Shown: positions 29,712 through 38,537 of the stretch, piece by piece
Layout: each line of letters starts with the position of its first letter
Position numbering within the stretch: position 1 is the stretch's first letter
Source: an uncultured Alphaproteobacteria bacterium
GTDB taxonomy: Bacteria > Pseudomonadota > Alphaproteobacteria > RF32 > CAG-239
Reading direction: 5' to 3'
Length of the DNA: 64,000 bases
Assembly (NCBI GenBank): GCA_949493535.1
Contig: CASZWJ010000008.1
Coordinates: 345-64,344, forward strand
Translations under genes and position numbers: made by a program
Notes under the pieces: generated by a model
What the model was told of the DNA's origin: nothing
What the model saw: only the letters and a program-made list of their open reading frames with translations
Databases searched by the model: none

Positions 29712-31496
29712 TTATTTGTACAAGTCAGGCAAAAGTTTTTCGTTTTGTTTGGTTCTGACATGTTTTTTTTCAACATTTTCAAACGCGGCAATAAATGCTT
29801 TGGCATCCCAGTTCCCTTTGTTGTCAGAATAAAGCTCTGCGGTCAGTTTATCAAGTTCTGCGGCAAATTCTTTATCTTTAACCAGTTTGTTAATGTCATT
29901 AAAGCCGTTAACTTTCATCACGCCGTATTTTTCTGCGCACCACTCGGGCAGGGCGTCTCTTATTGCGCGCAAATCTTTTTCTTTGGCCTTTTTGACAATA
30001 TATTTGAGATAATCGTTAATCTGCTCTTTTGCGCATGCCGGATGTTTTTTTCTAAAGAGCAGATAACTCAAAGCGATGCCTAGTCCGAAAGCGCCGAGAA
30101 GCAATAAAATTATTTCGGTATTGCCGAAGCGGCTGAGTTTTTCTGTTATTTGCGTTGTTGAAGCAGATGTTTGTTTGTCGGCAGCAGGTTGGGTTGGCGA
30201 GGGCGCCAAGGCCTGTTCTGCATTGGAAATTCTGGGTGTTTCTTGTTCTTCGGCAACCAGCGGATTTGCCGCAACGTCTATTTCTTTTGACGGGATAACC
30301 GCTGTTTCTGCTTTTTCTGAAACCGTGTCAAACCAATGGACTTTTATTTCGGGAATAGTTATTTTTCCTGATTTGCTCGGGATATAAACGTTTGAAATTT
30401 TGACAATGGAAACGACAGAGCCCCGCTCAATGCTCATTTCCGTTGCCGGTTTCTCCGGATATTGCTTCAAGCCGTCGGTCTCGCCGAATTTAATTTCTGG
30501 CAGTTGGCTGTCAAGGACGCCGTTGGCTTTGAGATAAATTGTACGGTGAACAGCCTCTCCAACCTTAAACTCGGGGGTTTCCGGCTCCCACTTGTCGACC
30601 AGCAGCAGATTATTTGCCGGCAGCCACCAATAACCGTTATTGGCAGCAGGAACGGGCTTGACCTCAATTTCAACCGGCTGGCTACGGAGAATAACCGGTT
30701 CCCTTTCGGCAAAAGTAAAACCGAGCGTGGCTCCCAAATCATCGCCGAATATGTCTTTAAACGGGTCAATGTGTTTTTGCGGCCTGCCTAAGACGTAACC
30801 TTCAAAACGGGCGGAAGGGATTGTCAGTCTGCCGCTGCGCTGCGGAAAAAAAGCATAGCGGAAAACAATTTCTCTCATGTTTTTGCCGTTGACGGCCAGC
30901 GGATTGATTTCCGGCGTGCCGAGCGAACGGATAATCCAGTCTTTTGTATTGACAGCTTCAAACGTCGGCTCATGCCCTTGCAGGCCGCCGCTGTCAATGA
31001 GGCTCAGCGTATAAATGATTTCCTGTTGCACATAGGGGTTGTTATTGCTGGTGCGCCCTTTAAGAGAAAAGCGGTCGTCAGTTTTGCCCGCAGTTTGTTG
31101 CTGAGCAGAGGCGGAACCGGTGGGAAGAACATTTATCGTGATGGGCAGGGTTGCGATATTGTCTTGAATTGTAAAAGCCGGTATAACAATTTTTCCGGTT
31201 TTTTTAGGGCGCAGTTTATAAAAATCCGTGACCGTTTTTTTATAATCATTGTTAATCATTTGTATTTGAGAGTAATTTCCGGCCTGCAAAATATCAAAAT
31301 CTTCGCGCAGCGGCTCAATATCGAGCTTTGCCGGTTCAATATTTTCATAAACAATCTTCAGCTCAAGATTGTTTCCCTCCGAAACGGTCGTTTTGTCAAC
31401 GCTGGCGGTAACCGACGGTTCGGCAGCATTGGCGCTGAAGGCAAGAATGGTTAAAAACAGAAAAAATGCAAATTTTTTCATTTTACTCATCTCCAT
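29712..31496 (-). CDS. batD: BatD-like oxygen-tolerance protein
   Basis: Signal peptide, a large beta-rich ectodomain, a late TM helix (IILLLLGAFGLGIALSYLLF) and a cytoplasmic tail. Last large gene of a Bat-type operon. Confidence 0.6.
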   Translation of the reverse strand: MEMSKMKKFAFFLFLTILAFSANAAEPSVTASVDKTTVSEGNNLELKIVYENIEPAKLDIEPLREDFDILQAGNYSQIQMINNDYKKTVTDFYKLRPKKTGKIVIPAFTIQDNIATLPITINVLPTGSASAQQQTAGKTDDRFSLKGRTSNNNPYVQQEIIYTLSLIDSGGLQGHEPTFEAVNTKDWIIRSLGTPEINPLAVNGKNMREIVFRYAFFPQRSGRLTIPSARFEGYVLGRPQKHIDPFKDIFGDDLGATLGFTFAEREPVILRSQPVEIEVKPVPAANNGYWWLPANNLLLVDKWEPETPEFKVGEAVHRTIYLKANGVLDSQLPEIKFGETDGLKQYPEKPATEMSIERGSVVSIVKISNVYIPSKSGKITIPEIKVHWFDTVSEKAETAVIPSKEIDVAANPLVAEEQETPRISNAEQALAPSPTQPAADKQTSASTTQITEKLSRFGNTEIILLLLGAFGLGIALSYLLFRKKHPACAKEQINDYLKYIVKKAKEKDLRAIRDALPEWCAEKYGVMKVNGFNDINKLVKDKEFAAELDKLTAELYSDNKGNWDAKAFIAAFENVEKKHVRTKQNEKLLPDLYK

Positions 31497-33246
31497 ATCG
31501 GTTTAATCTGTATTCTCTGGCAATAAAAGCTTTCAGCAAACCGCCCGGATCTTCGGGAATTTGTCTGAATTGCTGGGCGCGAGCCTGTCGTTCTTCATCA
31601 TATTTATTATCGTCATCGCCCTTTTGCAACTCTCCGCCGGCGGGTTTAGGCTCTTCATTCTCTTCTTTTTCATCAGACTTGTCGCCTTGCTGATCTTGCT
31701 CTTCTCCGTTCTGATTATCCTGATTTTCGCCGCTGTCCTGCTGATTCTGCTGTCCTTGCTGCTGATTATCTCCGTTATCGCCTTGCTGGTTTTGCTGTTG
31801 ATTTTGATTATCCTGCTGTTCGTCCTGATTCTCGTCTTGGCCGGACGGCTGATTTTTATTCTCGTCATTTTCGCCGGAATTATTCTGTGACCGGTCTTGT
31901 TGGCTTTGGCTGTTATCCTGATTTTGATCCTGATTCTGGTTTTGATTCTGATTTTGCTGCTGTTGGTTTTGCTGTTGTTGCTTTTTCAGATATTCAAGAT
32001 TAAATTTGGCGTCTTCGTGTTCGGGAGCTTCTTTCAAAACTTCTTCATACTTTTTGATTGCATCTTCAATTTTGCCGCTTTTAGCCAAAGCATTGCCCAG
32101 ATTATACTGTGAAGTAATGTCTTTTTTGCCGGCATAATTTTGCGCTGCCGCCTTATAATCGCCCAAACGGTATTGCGCCGCCGCTTTCCAGTCTTTATCT
32201 TCAAATTTTTGTTCGGCCTGTTTAAAATCTCCGCCATTAAAAGCCTGCAAGCCTTCTTGGTTGTTATTAAGGAACCAGCCGGCCTGAGCGTTACCGGCAA
32301 ATCCGAGCAGGAGCAGAATGGCAAAAATGCCGCGGCGGAAAAAATATAAGCAGCAAAGCAGCGGAATAATTGAAAGGTAATAGCCCGAATCTATCCACAT
32401 CGACTGCATGTTTTCGCTTTGCTTCAACTCGCTGATATTTTGGTTGATGAAATTGTCCAAAGCCATAATGTCTTGGTCGCCGGGGCTGAGCATTTCATAA
32501 ATGCCGTTGCCGTAACGGCTTATCAGTTTCAGTTTTTCGTTTTTATCCTGATTCGCTTCAATAACGCTGACACGGTATTTTTGCGCGGCGGCATTTTTCG
32601 CCGCTTCCAAGGCCAAATCCAACCGTTCGCCGACATCGCTGGTAAAAATGACGATATTGCCGTTTAAATATCCGCCGTTTTGCAGCTTTTCTGCCGCAAA
32701 AGCAATCGCACGGTCAAGGCGGTCGCCGTTACTAGGCATAATGTCAAAATTAACGGCCGGCAGCAGGTTTTTGATAATATCCGGATCATCAGTAATCGGC
32801 GTGATTAAGAAAGGTTCGTTTGTATAGACAATCAAACCGGTCTGCGCGGTTTTTAAACCGCTGAGCATATCTTTTATCTTAAATTTTGCCCTTTCCAGAC
32901 GGCTTGGAGCCGGCGGCGTTTTTTTCATCTCGCTGGAGAGGTTGAGCAGAATCATCACCGGATTTTCCGGACTCATCATCGGTGCTTCAAGTTTTTTCCA
33001 TGTCGGCCCTGCAATGGCGATAATCGTGCTGCAAAACGCAATCAGGCTGAGCCGGCCCAACATGCGTCGCTGGCCGCTCGAACCTTTAATCAAGAGAAAG
33101 TTCAAAAGTTTTTTATCGCAAACGTTTTCCCATGAAGATTTGCTGCGGATGCTGCGAAAATAACGCCAGTAAAAAAACAGCGGAAAAGCCAGAAGCAACA
33201 GCCACCACGGGCGCAGAAAATGAAAATTTGTAAAAAACTGTTCCAT
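31483..33246 (-). CDS. batB: Fused BatB-BatC-like protein (TM + vWA + TM + TPR + Q/N-rich acidic tail)
   Basis: vWA fold with a degenerate MIDAS (NLSSEM in place of DxSxS). TPR block (YRLGDYKAAAQNY...NLGNALAKSGKIEDAIKKYEEVL). Its ATG overlaps the batA stop (TAATG). Confidence 0.65.
   Translation of the reverse strand: MEQFFTNFHFLRPWWLLLLAFPLFFYWRYFRSIRSKSSWENVCDKKLLNFLLIKGSSGQRRMLGRLSLIAFCSTIIAIAGPTWKKLEAPMMSPENPVMILLNLSSEMKKTPPAPSRLERAKFKIKDMLSGLKTAQTGLIVYTNEPFLITPITDDPDIIKNLLPAVNFDIMPSNGDRLDRAIAFAAEKLQNGGYLNGNIVIFTSDVGERLDLALEAAKNAAAQKYRVSVIEANQDKNEKLKLISRYGNGIYEMLSPGDQDIMALDNFINQNISELKQSENMQSMWIDSGYYLSIIPLLCCLYFFRRGIFAILLLLGFAGNAQAGWFLNNNQEGLQAFNGGDFKQAEQKFEDKDWKAAAQYRLGDYKAAAQNYAGKKDITSQYNLGNALAKSGKIEDAIKKYEEVLKEAPEHEDAKFNLEYLKKQQQQNQQQQNQNQNQNQDQNQDNSQSQQDRSQNNSGENDENKNQPSGQDENQDEQQDNQNQQQNQQGDNGDNQQQGQQNQQDSGENQDNQNGEEQDQQGDKSDEKEENEEPKPAGGELQKGDDDNKYDEERQARAQQFRQIPEDPGGLLKAFIAREYRLNRYGDE
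31690..31985 (-). repeat. Low-complexity Q/N/D/E-coding tract inside batB-batC
   Basis: Encodes QQQQNQQQQNQNQNQNQDQNQDNSQSQQ...QNQQQNQQGDNGDNQQQGQQNQQ from imperfect CAG/CAA/AAT/GAT short repeats. Confidence 0.9.
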
Positions 33247-34250
33247 TATTTTCTCCTGCTTATCGCGGCCAAAACAGAGGCCAGTACCAAAGCCGCAATC
33301 AACGGAATATAGAAAAGCTCTTTGGTTTCGACAATGTATTGTTCGTCATTTTCCGTCGGTTCAAGTTTGTCTATGTTGTTGTAGATTTTTTCCAAAGAGG
33401 CGGTGTCCGTCGCCCGAAAATAGTTTCCTTTGGTTTCTTCGGCCAGTTTTTTCAGGCTGGCTTCGTCAAGATCCTGATTGGGGGCGTTAAGGCGCAATCC
33501 GAAAAAAGATTGAACCAAAGAAGTGTCTGACCCGACGCCGATTGTATAGATTTTAACGTTTTCGTTTTTTGCCAGATTAATTGCTTCGGGCATGCTGAGC
33601 GACCCGTCATTATTTTCGCCGTCCGTCAGCAGGATAACGATTTTATTGTCTTTGTTCGGCGTATCTTTCAGAGTTTTCAGCGCCAAACCGACGGCATCGC
33701 CGATAGCGGTGGAATCTCCGGCCATGCCGGCATCCATATTCCATAAAATCTCCTGAATGGAACGTTTGTCATAAGTAATTGGCGCCTGCAAATAAGCGCG
33801 TGTTCCGAACAAAATCAGCCCCATACGGTCTTCATAGCGTTTTCTGATAAATTCTCCCGCCACTTTTTTTACCGCGTTCAGGCGGTTGCTCTGCCGGTTG
33901 CCGATTGTAAAATCAGGTTGCAGCATAGAATTGGAAATATCCATCACCAATAAAATATCGCGGCTTTGGCTGCGGGAGCGTATCGGTTCGCCGACCCATT
34001 GCGGACGTGCGGCGGCAGCTACTAACAAGGCATAAATGAGATAGAGCAAAAATAAGCCTTTGCCGGAACCCTTGGCGGTATTGAGTGTTCCCCATACGCC
34101 TCCTGATTTAACCGAAATCTTTTGCAAATCCTGAACAAAGGGTACACGCAGCGCGTCTCCGTGCAAACCTTTAACGGCCGGAAGGAGATAACGGAGAATA
34201 ACGGGAACTATAAGTAGGAAAATTGCGGCAGGATAGGCAAAATGGTTCAT
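33246..34250 (-). CDS. batA: BatA-like vWA membrane protein
   Basis: Intact MIDAS DISNSM, N- and C-terminal TM helices. The ATG at 34250 overlaps the upstream TGA (ATGA). The ORF-track start at 34277 is an extension. Confidence 0.75.
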   Translation of the reverse strand: MNHFAYPAAIFLLIVPVILRYLLPAVKGLHGDALRVPFVQDLQKISVKSGGVWGTLNTAKGSGKGLFLLYLIYALLVAAAARPQWVGEPIRSRSQSRDILLVMDISNSMLQPDFTIGNRQSNRLNAVKKVAGEFIRKRYEDRMGLILFGTRAYLQAPITYDKRSIQEILWNMDAGMAGDSTAIGDAVGLALKTLKDTPNKDNKIVILLTDGENNDGSLSMPEAINLAKNENVKIYTIGVGSDTSLVQSFFGLRLNAPNQDLDEASLKKLAEETKGNYFRATDTASLEKIYNNIDKLEPTENDEQYIVETKELFYIPLIAALVLASVLAAISRRK

Positions 34251-34720
34251 AAATTGTCTCCAATCCATTTTTGACAATATTCCTGCAAAACTTTAGCGTC
34301 CTCAGGCGTATAAGTCTGGCTGTCTTGCTGGATATAAGGCGCGTTAATTAAAAGTTCTGCCGGCCGGCCGTCGAGTGCCTGTTTGCTGTGGGCATTAAGA
34401 AAATCAAGCCAGTCTTTGCCGAGCAAAGTGGTTGCGCCTTTATATTTGAAAACACAAATTCTCCGCAGAATTTCAGACATTTGTTCGGCAGCATAAACGG
34501 CATTCGCCGTAGAAATATTGCGTAAGAGTTTCAACGCATAGCGGCTTTTGCTGTAGCGCCGCAAATATAAGGCAAACTGAATCATTAAAAGGATTAAAAT
34601 AATGCCGGCCAGTACCAGCCACCAGCCATAGGCTACTGGAAACAGGGAAACGCCCTGCGGCAGATGAATATCGCGTAATTCCGGCAAATTGTCATTCATT
34701 TGAAATACCTCTGGTTTCAT
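34247..34720 (-). CDS. DUF4381-like membrane protein (first gene of the Bat operon here)
   Basis: LRDIHLP...YGWWLVLAGIILILL motif typical of the small protein that precedes batA. Confidence 0.6.
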   Translation of the reverse strand: MKPEVFQMNDNLPELRDIHLPQGVSLFPVAYGWWLVLAGIILILLMIQFALYLRRYSKSRYALKLLRNISTANAVYAAEQMSEILRRICVFKYKGATTLLGKDWLDFLNAHSKQALDGRPAELLINAPYIQQDSQTYTPEDAKVLQEYCQKWIGDNL

Positions 34721-34780
34721 CCTTTGTCTTTTCTCATAAATTTAAGCGTTTGCGGCAAAAATATCAAGCGCTTTATCCAT

Positions 34781-34815
34781 AAAAAAATCCTTCCTTGATT
34801 TCAAAGAAGGATTTG
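34781..34815 (-). terminator. Rho-independent terminator of the upstream gene
   Basis: On the minus strand, AATCCTTC-loop-GAAGGATT followed by a T-run. It separates 34825-35526 from the Bat operon. Confidence 0.7.
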
Positions 34816-34824
34816 TAAGAGAGT

Positions 34825-35526
34825 TTATTCTCTGTAACGCACAATATCCGCAACTCGGACTTCTTCGCCGATAATATTGGGAACTTTCAGCACGCGCAAA
34901 TAAAAAAGCTTGGCTCGGATAGAAGCTTCGTTTTCGGGATTAATCCCCTGACGGCAGTCTTCAAACAGAGCATTCGTTAAACTTAACACACTAAGCCCGA
35001 TGTTTTTGTCGAGCTTTTGGAAATCAGGATAAATCTCGGTAAGAATAGCAGCGTTTAACATATTATACTTTCCCCATAAACTTTCATTTTTGGCGGAAAA
35101 GAAAATATTTTGCGCAATCTCACAGGCTTTCAACTCTCGCCTCCAATCTTTCAACTGCATAAAACTTTTGTCATTCGCCTGAAGGATGTTAATCCTTATT
35201 TTGAAAATAGGGATGAGTTTAGCCAGTTTTTTATTCGATTCCAGATTGATTGCCATTCTTCGTTCATCTTCAGCTTCAACTGTCAGCTCTTTCTCCAAAA
35301 TTTCAATTTCGGGAATAAGTTGTTCTTTGCTTTTACTGAAGATAACCTTGCCGTTAATACTAAGCCTCTTGACCAGACTTTTGCATAATTCCGCTTCAAT
35401 TGCCATTCCGGAAGTTATTCCGTCAGAAAGATCTGTTGAAACCAAAATTTCAAATCCGTTCGGCAATAGCAAAGCGACAGCGTTTTCTCTGATTTCTACA
35501 TCACTAATAATGTCATTAATTATCAT
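34825..35526 (-). CDS. Hypothetical protein
   Basis: 233-aa ORF with its own terminator. No motif recognised. Confidence 0.5.
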   Translation of the reverse strand: MIINDIISDVEIRENAVALLLPNGFEILVSTDLSDGITSGMAIEAELCKSLVKRLSINGKVIFSKSKEQLIPEIEILEKELTVEAEDERRMAINLESNKKLAKLIPIFKIRINILQANDKSFMQLKDWRRELKACEIAQNIFFSAKNESLWGKYNMLNAAILTEIYPDFQKLDKNIGLSVLSLTNALFEDCRQGINPENEASIRAKLFYLRVLKVPNIIGEEVRVADIVRYRE

Positions 35527-35587
35527 ATTAAAAGTTTTTTATTACAGCTATAATAGCACGTTTTATCTAAAAAACAATGGCATTTAT

Positions 35588-35622
35588 AAAAAAATACCGC
35601 TTGGTAAAAGCGGTATTTTTTT
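35588..35622. terminator. Bidirectional terminator downstream of tyrS
   Basis: AAAAATACCGCT-tggtaa-AGCGGTATTTTT. Confidence 0.75.
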
Positions 35623-35624
35623 GC

Positions 35625-36875
35625 TTAAGCTTTTTTCAAAAGCCCGTGTTTTTTCTTTCCTTGAGAAAGTTTAACGGAACCGTCTTTGAAATCATTGTCG
35701 CTTATGATATAATTTTCATCGCTGACGGTAACATCATTTAGTTTCAGGCCGCCTTGTTTTATCAGTCTGCGGGCTTCGCCTTTGCTGGCAACAAAGCCGA
35801 TTTGCAAAAAGGCGTCCAATACGCCGATGCCGGCATTTCCCTGAATGCTGGGCAGTTCGCCGCCGGCAAACCCTTGTTCGAAAACTTTGACGGCTGTTTC
35901 TTGCGCGGCTGCGGCTTCTGCTTCGCCGCGGCAGATTTTGGTTGCCTCAAATGCCAGAATTTTCTTGGCTTCGTTAATTTCCTGATCTTTCAAAGCTTCC
36001 AAACGGCGGATTTCGTCAATCGGCAAATCCGTATAAATGCGCAGGCATTTTCCGACTTCCGCATCGCCGATGTTGCGGAAGTATTGGTAATAGTCATAAG
36101 CTGAAAGCTTCTCATCGTTAATCCAAACGGCGTTGCCCTCGGATTTGCCCATTTTCTTGCCGTTAGAATCTGTAATAATCGGACTTGTGAAACCGAAAAG
36201 CTCAACGTCATATTTGCGGCGTCCGAGTTCGGTTCCGGAGGTAATATTACCCCATTGGTCTGAACCGGCAATTTGCGCGCGGCAGCCATACTGCTGATAA
36301 AGTTCGCAGAAGTCATATCCCTGCAACAGCATATAGTTAAACTCCAGAAAAGACATCGGTTGCTCGCGTTCCAGACGAGATTTGACACTGTCCATCGTCA
36401 GCATGCGGTTCACCGAATAATAAGTGCCGATGTCGCGCAGGAAAGAAAGATAATTAATATCTTTAAACCAATCCCAGTTATCAACCATAACGGCATCATT
36501 TTTACCGTTGCCGAATTTCAAAAACTTGCTGAAAGATTTTTTCAAGCCTTCAATATTGTGAACCAGAGTTTCTTCGCTCAGGAACGGGCGGAGTTTGTCT
36601 TTGCCTGAAGGGTCGCCGATGCGTGCCGTTGCGCCGCCGACGAGTGTCAGCGGTTTATGTCCGCATTTTTGAAACCAACGCATCATCATTAATGGCACAA
36701 TATGCCCGACATGCAGGCTGTCGCCGGTCGGATCCGAACCCAGATAACCAACGGCCGGCGTACCGGTTCTTTCACATTCGGCCAAATAGTCGTCAAAGCC
36801 GCTTTCGTTTGTGCATTGATTGTAAAAGCCGCGTTCAGCCATCAGGTTCATAAATTGCGATTTAAATTGTGTCAT
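35625..36875 (-). CDS. tyrS: Tyrosyl-tRNA synthetase
   Basis: HIGH-type motif (SLHVGH), KMSKS-type motif (KKMGKSEG), and a C-terminal S4-like domain. Confidence 0.95.
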   Translation of the reverse strand: MTQFKSQFMNLMAERGFYNQCTNESGFDDYLAECERTGTPAVGYLGSDPTGDSLHVGHIVPLMMMRWFQKCGHKPLTLVGGATARIGDPSGKDKLRPFLSEETLVHNIEGLKKSFSKFLKFGNGKNDAVMVDNWDWFKDINYLSFLRDIGTYYSVNRMLTMDSVKSRLEREQPMSFLEFNYMLLQGYDFCELYQQYGCRAQIAGSDQWGNITSGTELGRRKYDVELFGFTSPIITDSNGKKMGKSEGNAVWINDEKLSAYDYYQYFRNIGDAEVGKCLRIYTDLPIDEIRRLEALKDQEINEAKKILAFEATKICRGEAEAAAAQETAVKVFEQGFAGGELPSIQGNAGIGVLDAFLQIGFVASKGEARRLIKQGGLKLNDVTVSDENYIISDNDFKDGSVKLSQGKKKHGLLKKA

Positions 36876-36950
36876 TTTCCCTTTCCTTATAATAAATTCT
36901 TAACGCATAGTAGCATATATTTAAGATAGTGCAACAGATTCGGTAAACTT

Positions 36951-38060
36951 ATGGATATAATAAAAAAGATAAAGGCATTGGGATTGATGAGCGGCTCGTC
37001 TCTGGATGGGATATCCGCCGCGGTTATTACAACCGACGGGGTCGATGTTTATGACGTCGGCCGGACGATAAACGTGCCTTATGACGACGATATCCGTGAA
37101 CGGCTGCATGCTTTAATCGGCAAGAAGCCCGAAACGCCGGAACTGGAAGACAAGCTTAAAGCCCTTGAGGCTGATTTGACCAAAGCGCATGCCGAAGTTG
37201 CGCTTGACGTTATCGACTATACCGGAGAAAAAGTCGATGTAATCGGTTTTCATGGGCATACGATGCTTCATGATCCGAAAAATCATTATTCTTATCAGCT
37301 CGGCGACGGGCAAATGCTGGCAAACATAACGCAGACAAAGGTCGTCAATCGTTTTTGCAATGCCGACATTTTAGCCGGCGGGCAGGGCGCACCTTTGGTT
37401 TCGTCTTATTATGCGGCTTTGGTTGATACTTTTGAAAAGCCTGTGGCTGTTGTCAATATCGGCGGTATCTCCGATTTGACCTGGATTGGCGATAATGGCG
37501 AGTTGGTTGCTTTTGATGTCGGTCCCGGAAATGCGCCGGTGAATGACTGGGTGCGCCGCCATGCTGCCATGCAAATGGATTATGACGGTAAATTGGCCGT
37601 AACGGGAAATGTAAACGGTAAGGTATTGGCAAACTTGATGCGCCACAAGTTTTTTGCCCAAGTGCCGCCGAAATCAATCGACCGCGATATTTTCAAAGAC
37701 AAGCTTGAGCATCTTGAAGGCTTGAGCTTAGAAGACGGTGCGGCGACTGCGACTGCGTTTATTGCCGAAGCGGTGGCTTATTCCGTGGCTTTGTATGTGC
37801 CTAAGCGTCCCAAACAGATAATTGTCTGCGGCGGCGGTGCCAAAAATCCGACTTTAGTGCGCTTTCTGCGCCAAAAATTGGAAGGGATAGAAGTTCTGAC
37901 GTCCGGCCAGCTGGGCTGGCGGCCGGATACTCTGGAAGCGGAGGCTTTTGCTTTTCTGGCGGCAAGAAGATTATACGGCTTGCCTATTTCCTTTCCGTCG
38001 ACGACCGGTGTCAGGGAGCCGATTATCGGCGGCGAAATTAATATTCCGCAAGATTTCTAA
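36951..38060 (+). CDS. anmK: Anhydro-N-acetylmuramic acid kinase
   Basis: GLMSGSSLDGIS N-terminal motif and an ASKHA-fold pattern; 369 aa. Confidence 0.9.
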   Translation: MDIIKKIKALGLMSGSSLDGISAAVITTDGVDVYDVGRTINVPYDDDIRERLHALIGKKPETPELEDKLKALEADLTKAHAEVALDVIDYTGEKVDVIGFHGHTMLHDPKNHYSYQLGDGQMLANITQTKVVNRFCNADILAGGQGAPLVSSYYAALVDTFEKPVAVVNIGGISDLTWIGDNGELVAFDVGPGNAPVNDWVRRHAAMQMDYDGKLAVTGNVNGKVLANLMRHKFFAQVPPKSIDRDIFKDKLEHLEGLSLEDGAATATAFIAEAVAYSVALYVPKRPKQIIVCGGGAKNPTLVRFLRQKLEGIEVLTSGQLGWRPDTLEAEAFAFLAARRLYGLPISFPSTTGVREPIIGGEINIPQDF

Positions 38061-38067
38061 AAAAATA

Positions 38068-38095
38068 TTGACAAAAATAATAAAAGTGCTATTTA
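38068..38095 (+). promoter_or_regulatory. Strong sigma70-like promoter upstream of the tRNA-like gene
   Basis: TTGACA (38068-38073), a 16-nt spacer, then TATTTA. Confidence 0.5.
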
Positions 38096-38403
38096 AGAAC
38101 GCGTTTTAATATTTTTTTGGTTTAAGCCTTTGTTTAATGGTTAATGAAAATCCATTTTTTTTATATATCAAAAAAGGGGAGAGATGTGGTTCGCGTTCGT
38201 TCTTTTCCATTCCATAGCTGAAATTGTAATACATAATTGAATGTGTGCTCTTTTCTGCCCTTTTTTATTTGCTTGGAAATTATATGGTTTAGAAATGCCA
38301 TTTTTTTATAATAAAAGTGTTTTATTAACCCTGTAATCCGACCGGCAGAGTTACGCTTGACGCCTCTGTTTTTCAGACTGCGTTAATGCACTGCCGGTTA
38401 CAT

Positions 38404-38475
38404 CCGTATTTAGCTTAGTGGTTAGAGCGTCTGAGTGATCGTCAGAAGGCATCGGTTCGAATCCGGTAATACAGA
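38404..38475 (+). tRNA. Non-canonical tRNA-like gene, anticodon GAU (Ile)
   Basis: A 72-nt cloverleaf can be drawn. D arm GCTT/GAGC with a GG loop; anticodon stem TCTGA/TCAGA; loop GTGATCG; perfect T arm ATCGG-TTCGAAT-CCGGT; discriminator A. Deviations are C1-G72, a C2.A71 mismatch, G32, C37, G38, a 4-nt variable loop and no encoded CCA. Confidence 0.55.
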
Positions 38476-38500
38476 CAAAATCGAATTTTTCTTACTAGCC

Positions 38501-38537
38501 AAAAAGAGGTTCTCTGTGAAGAGCGCCTCTTTTTTTT
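38501..38537 (+). terminator. Rho-independent terminator after the tRNA-like gene
   Basis: AGAGG-tt-CTCT-gtga-AGAG-cg-CCTCT followed by T8. Confidence 0.8.

Noticed and set aside
38184-38240. The 18-codon ORF MWFAFVLFHSIAEIVIHN as an Ile-codon attenuation leader peptide for the tRNA-like/ileS region.
   Set aside because: Only 3 of 18 codons are Ile and they are not consecutive. The RBS spacing is very short, and no clear alternative terminator/antiterminator pairing could be drawn by eye.
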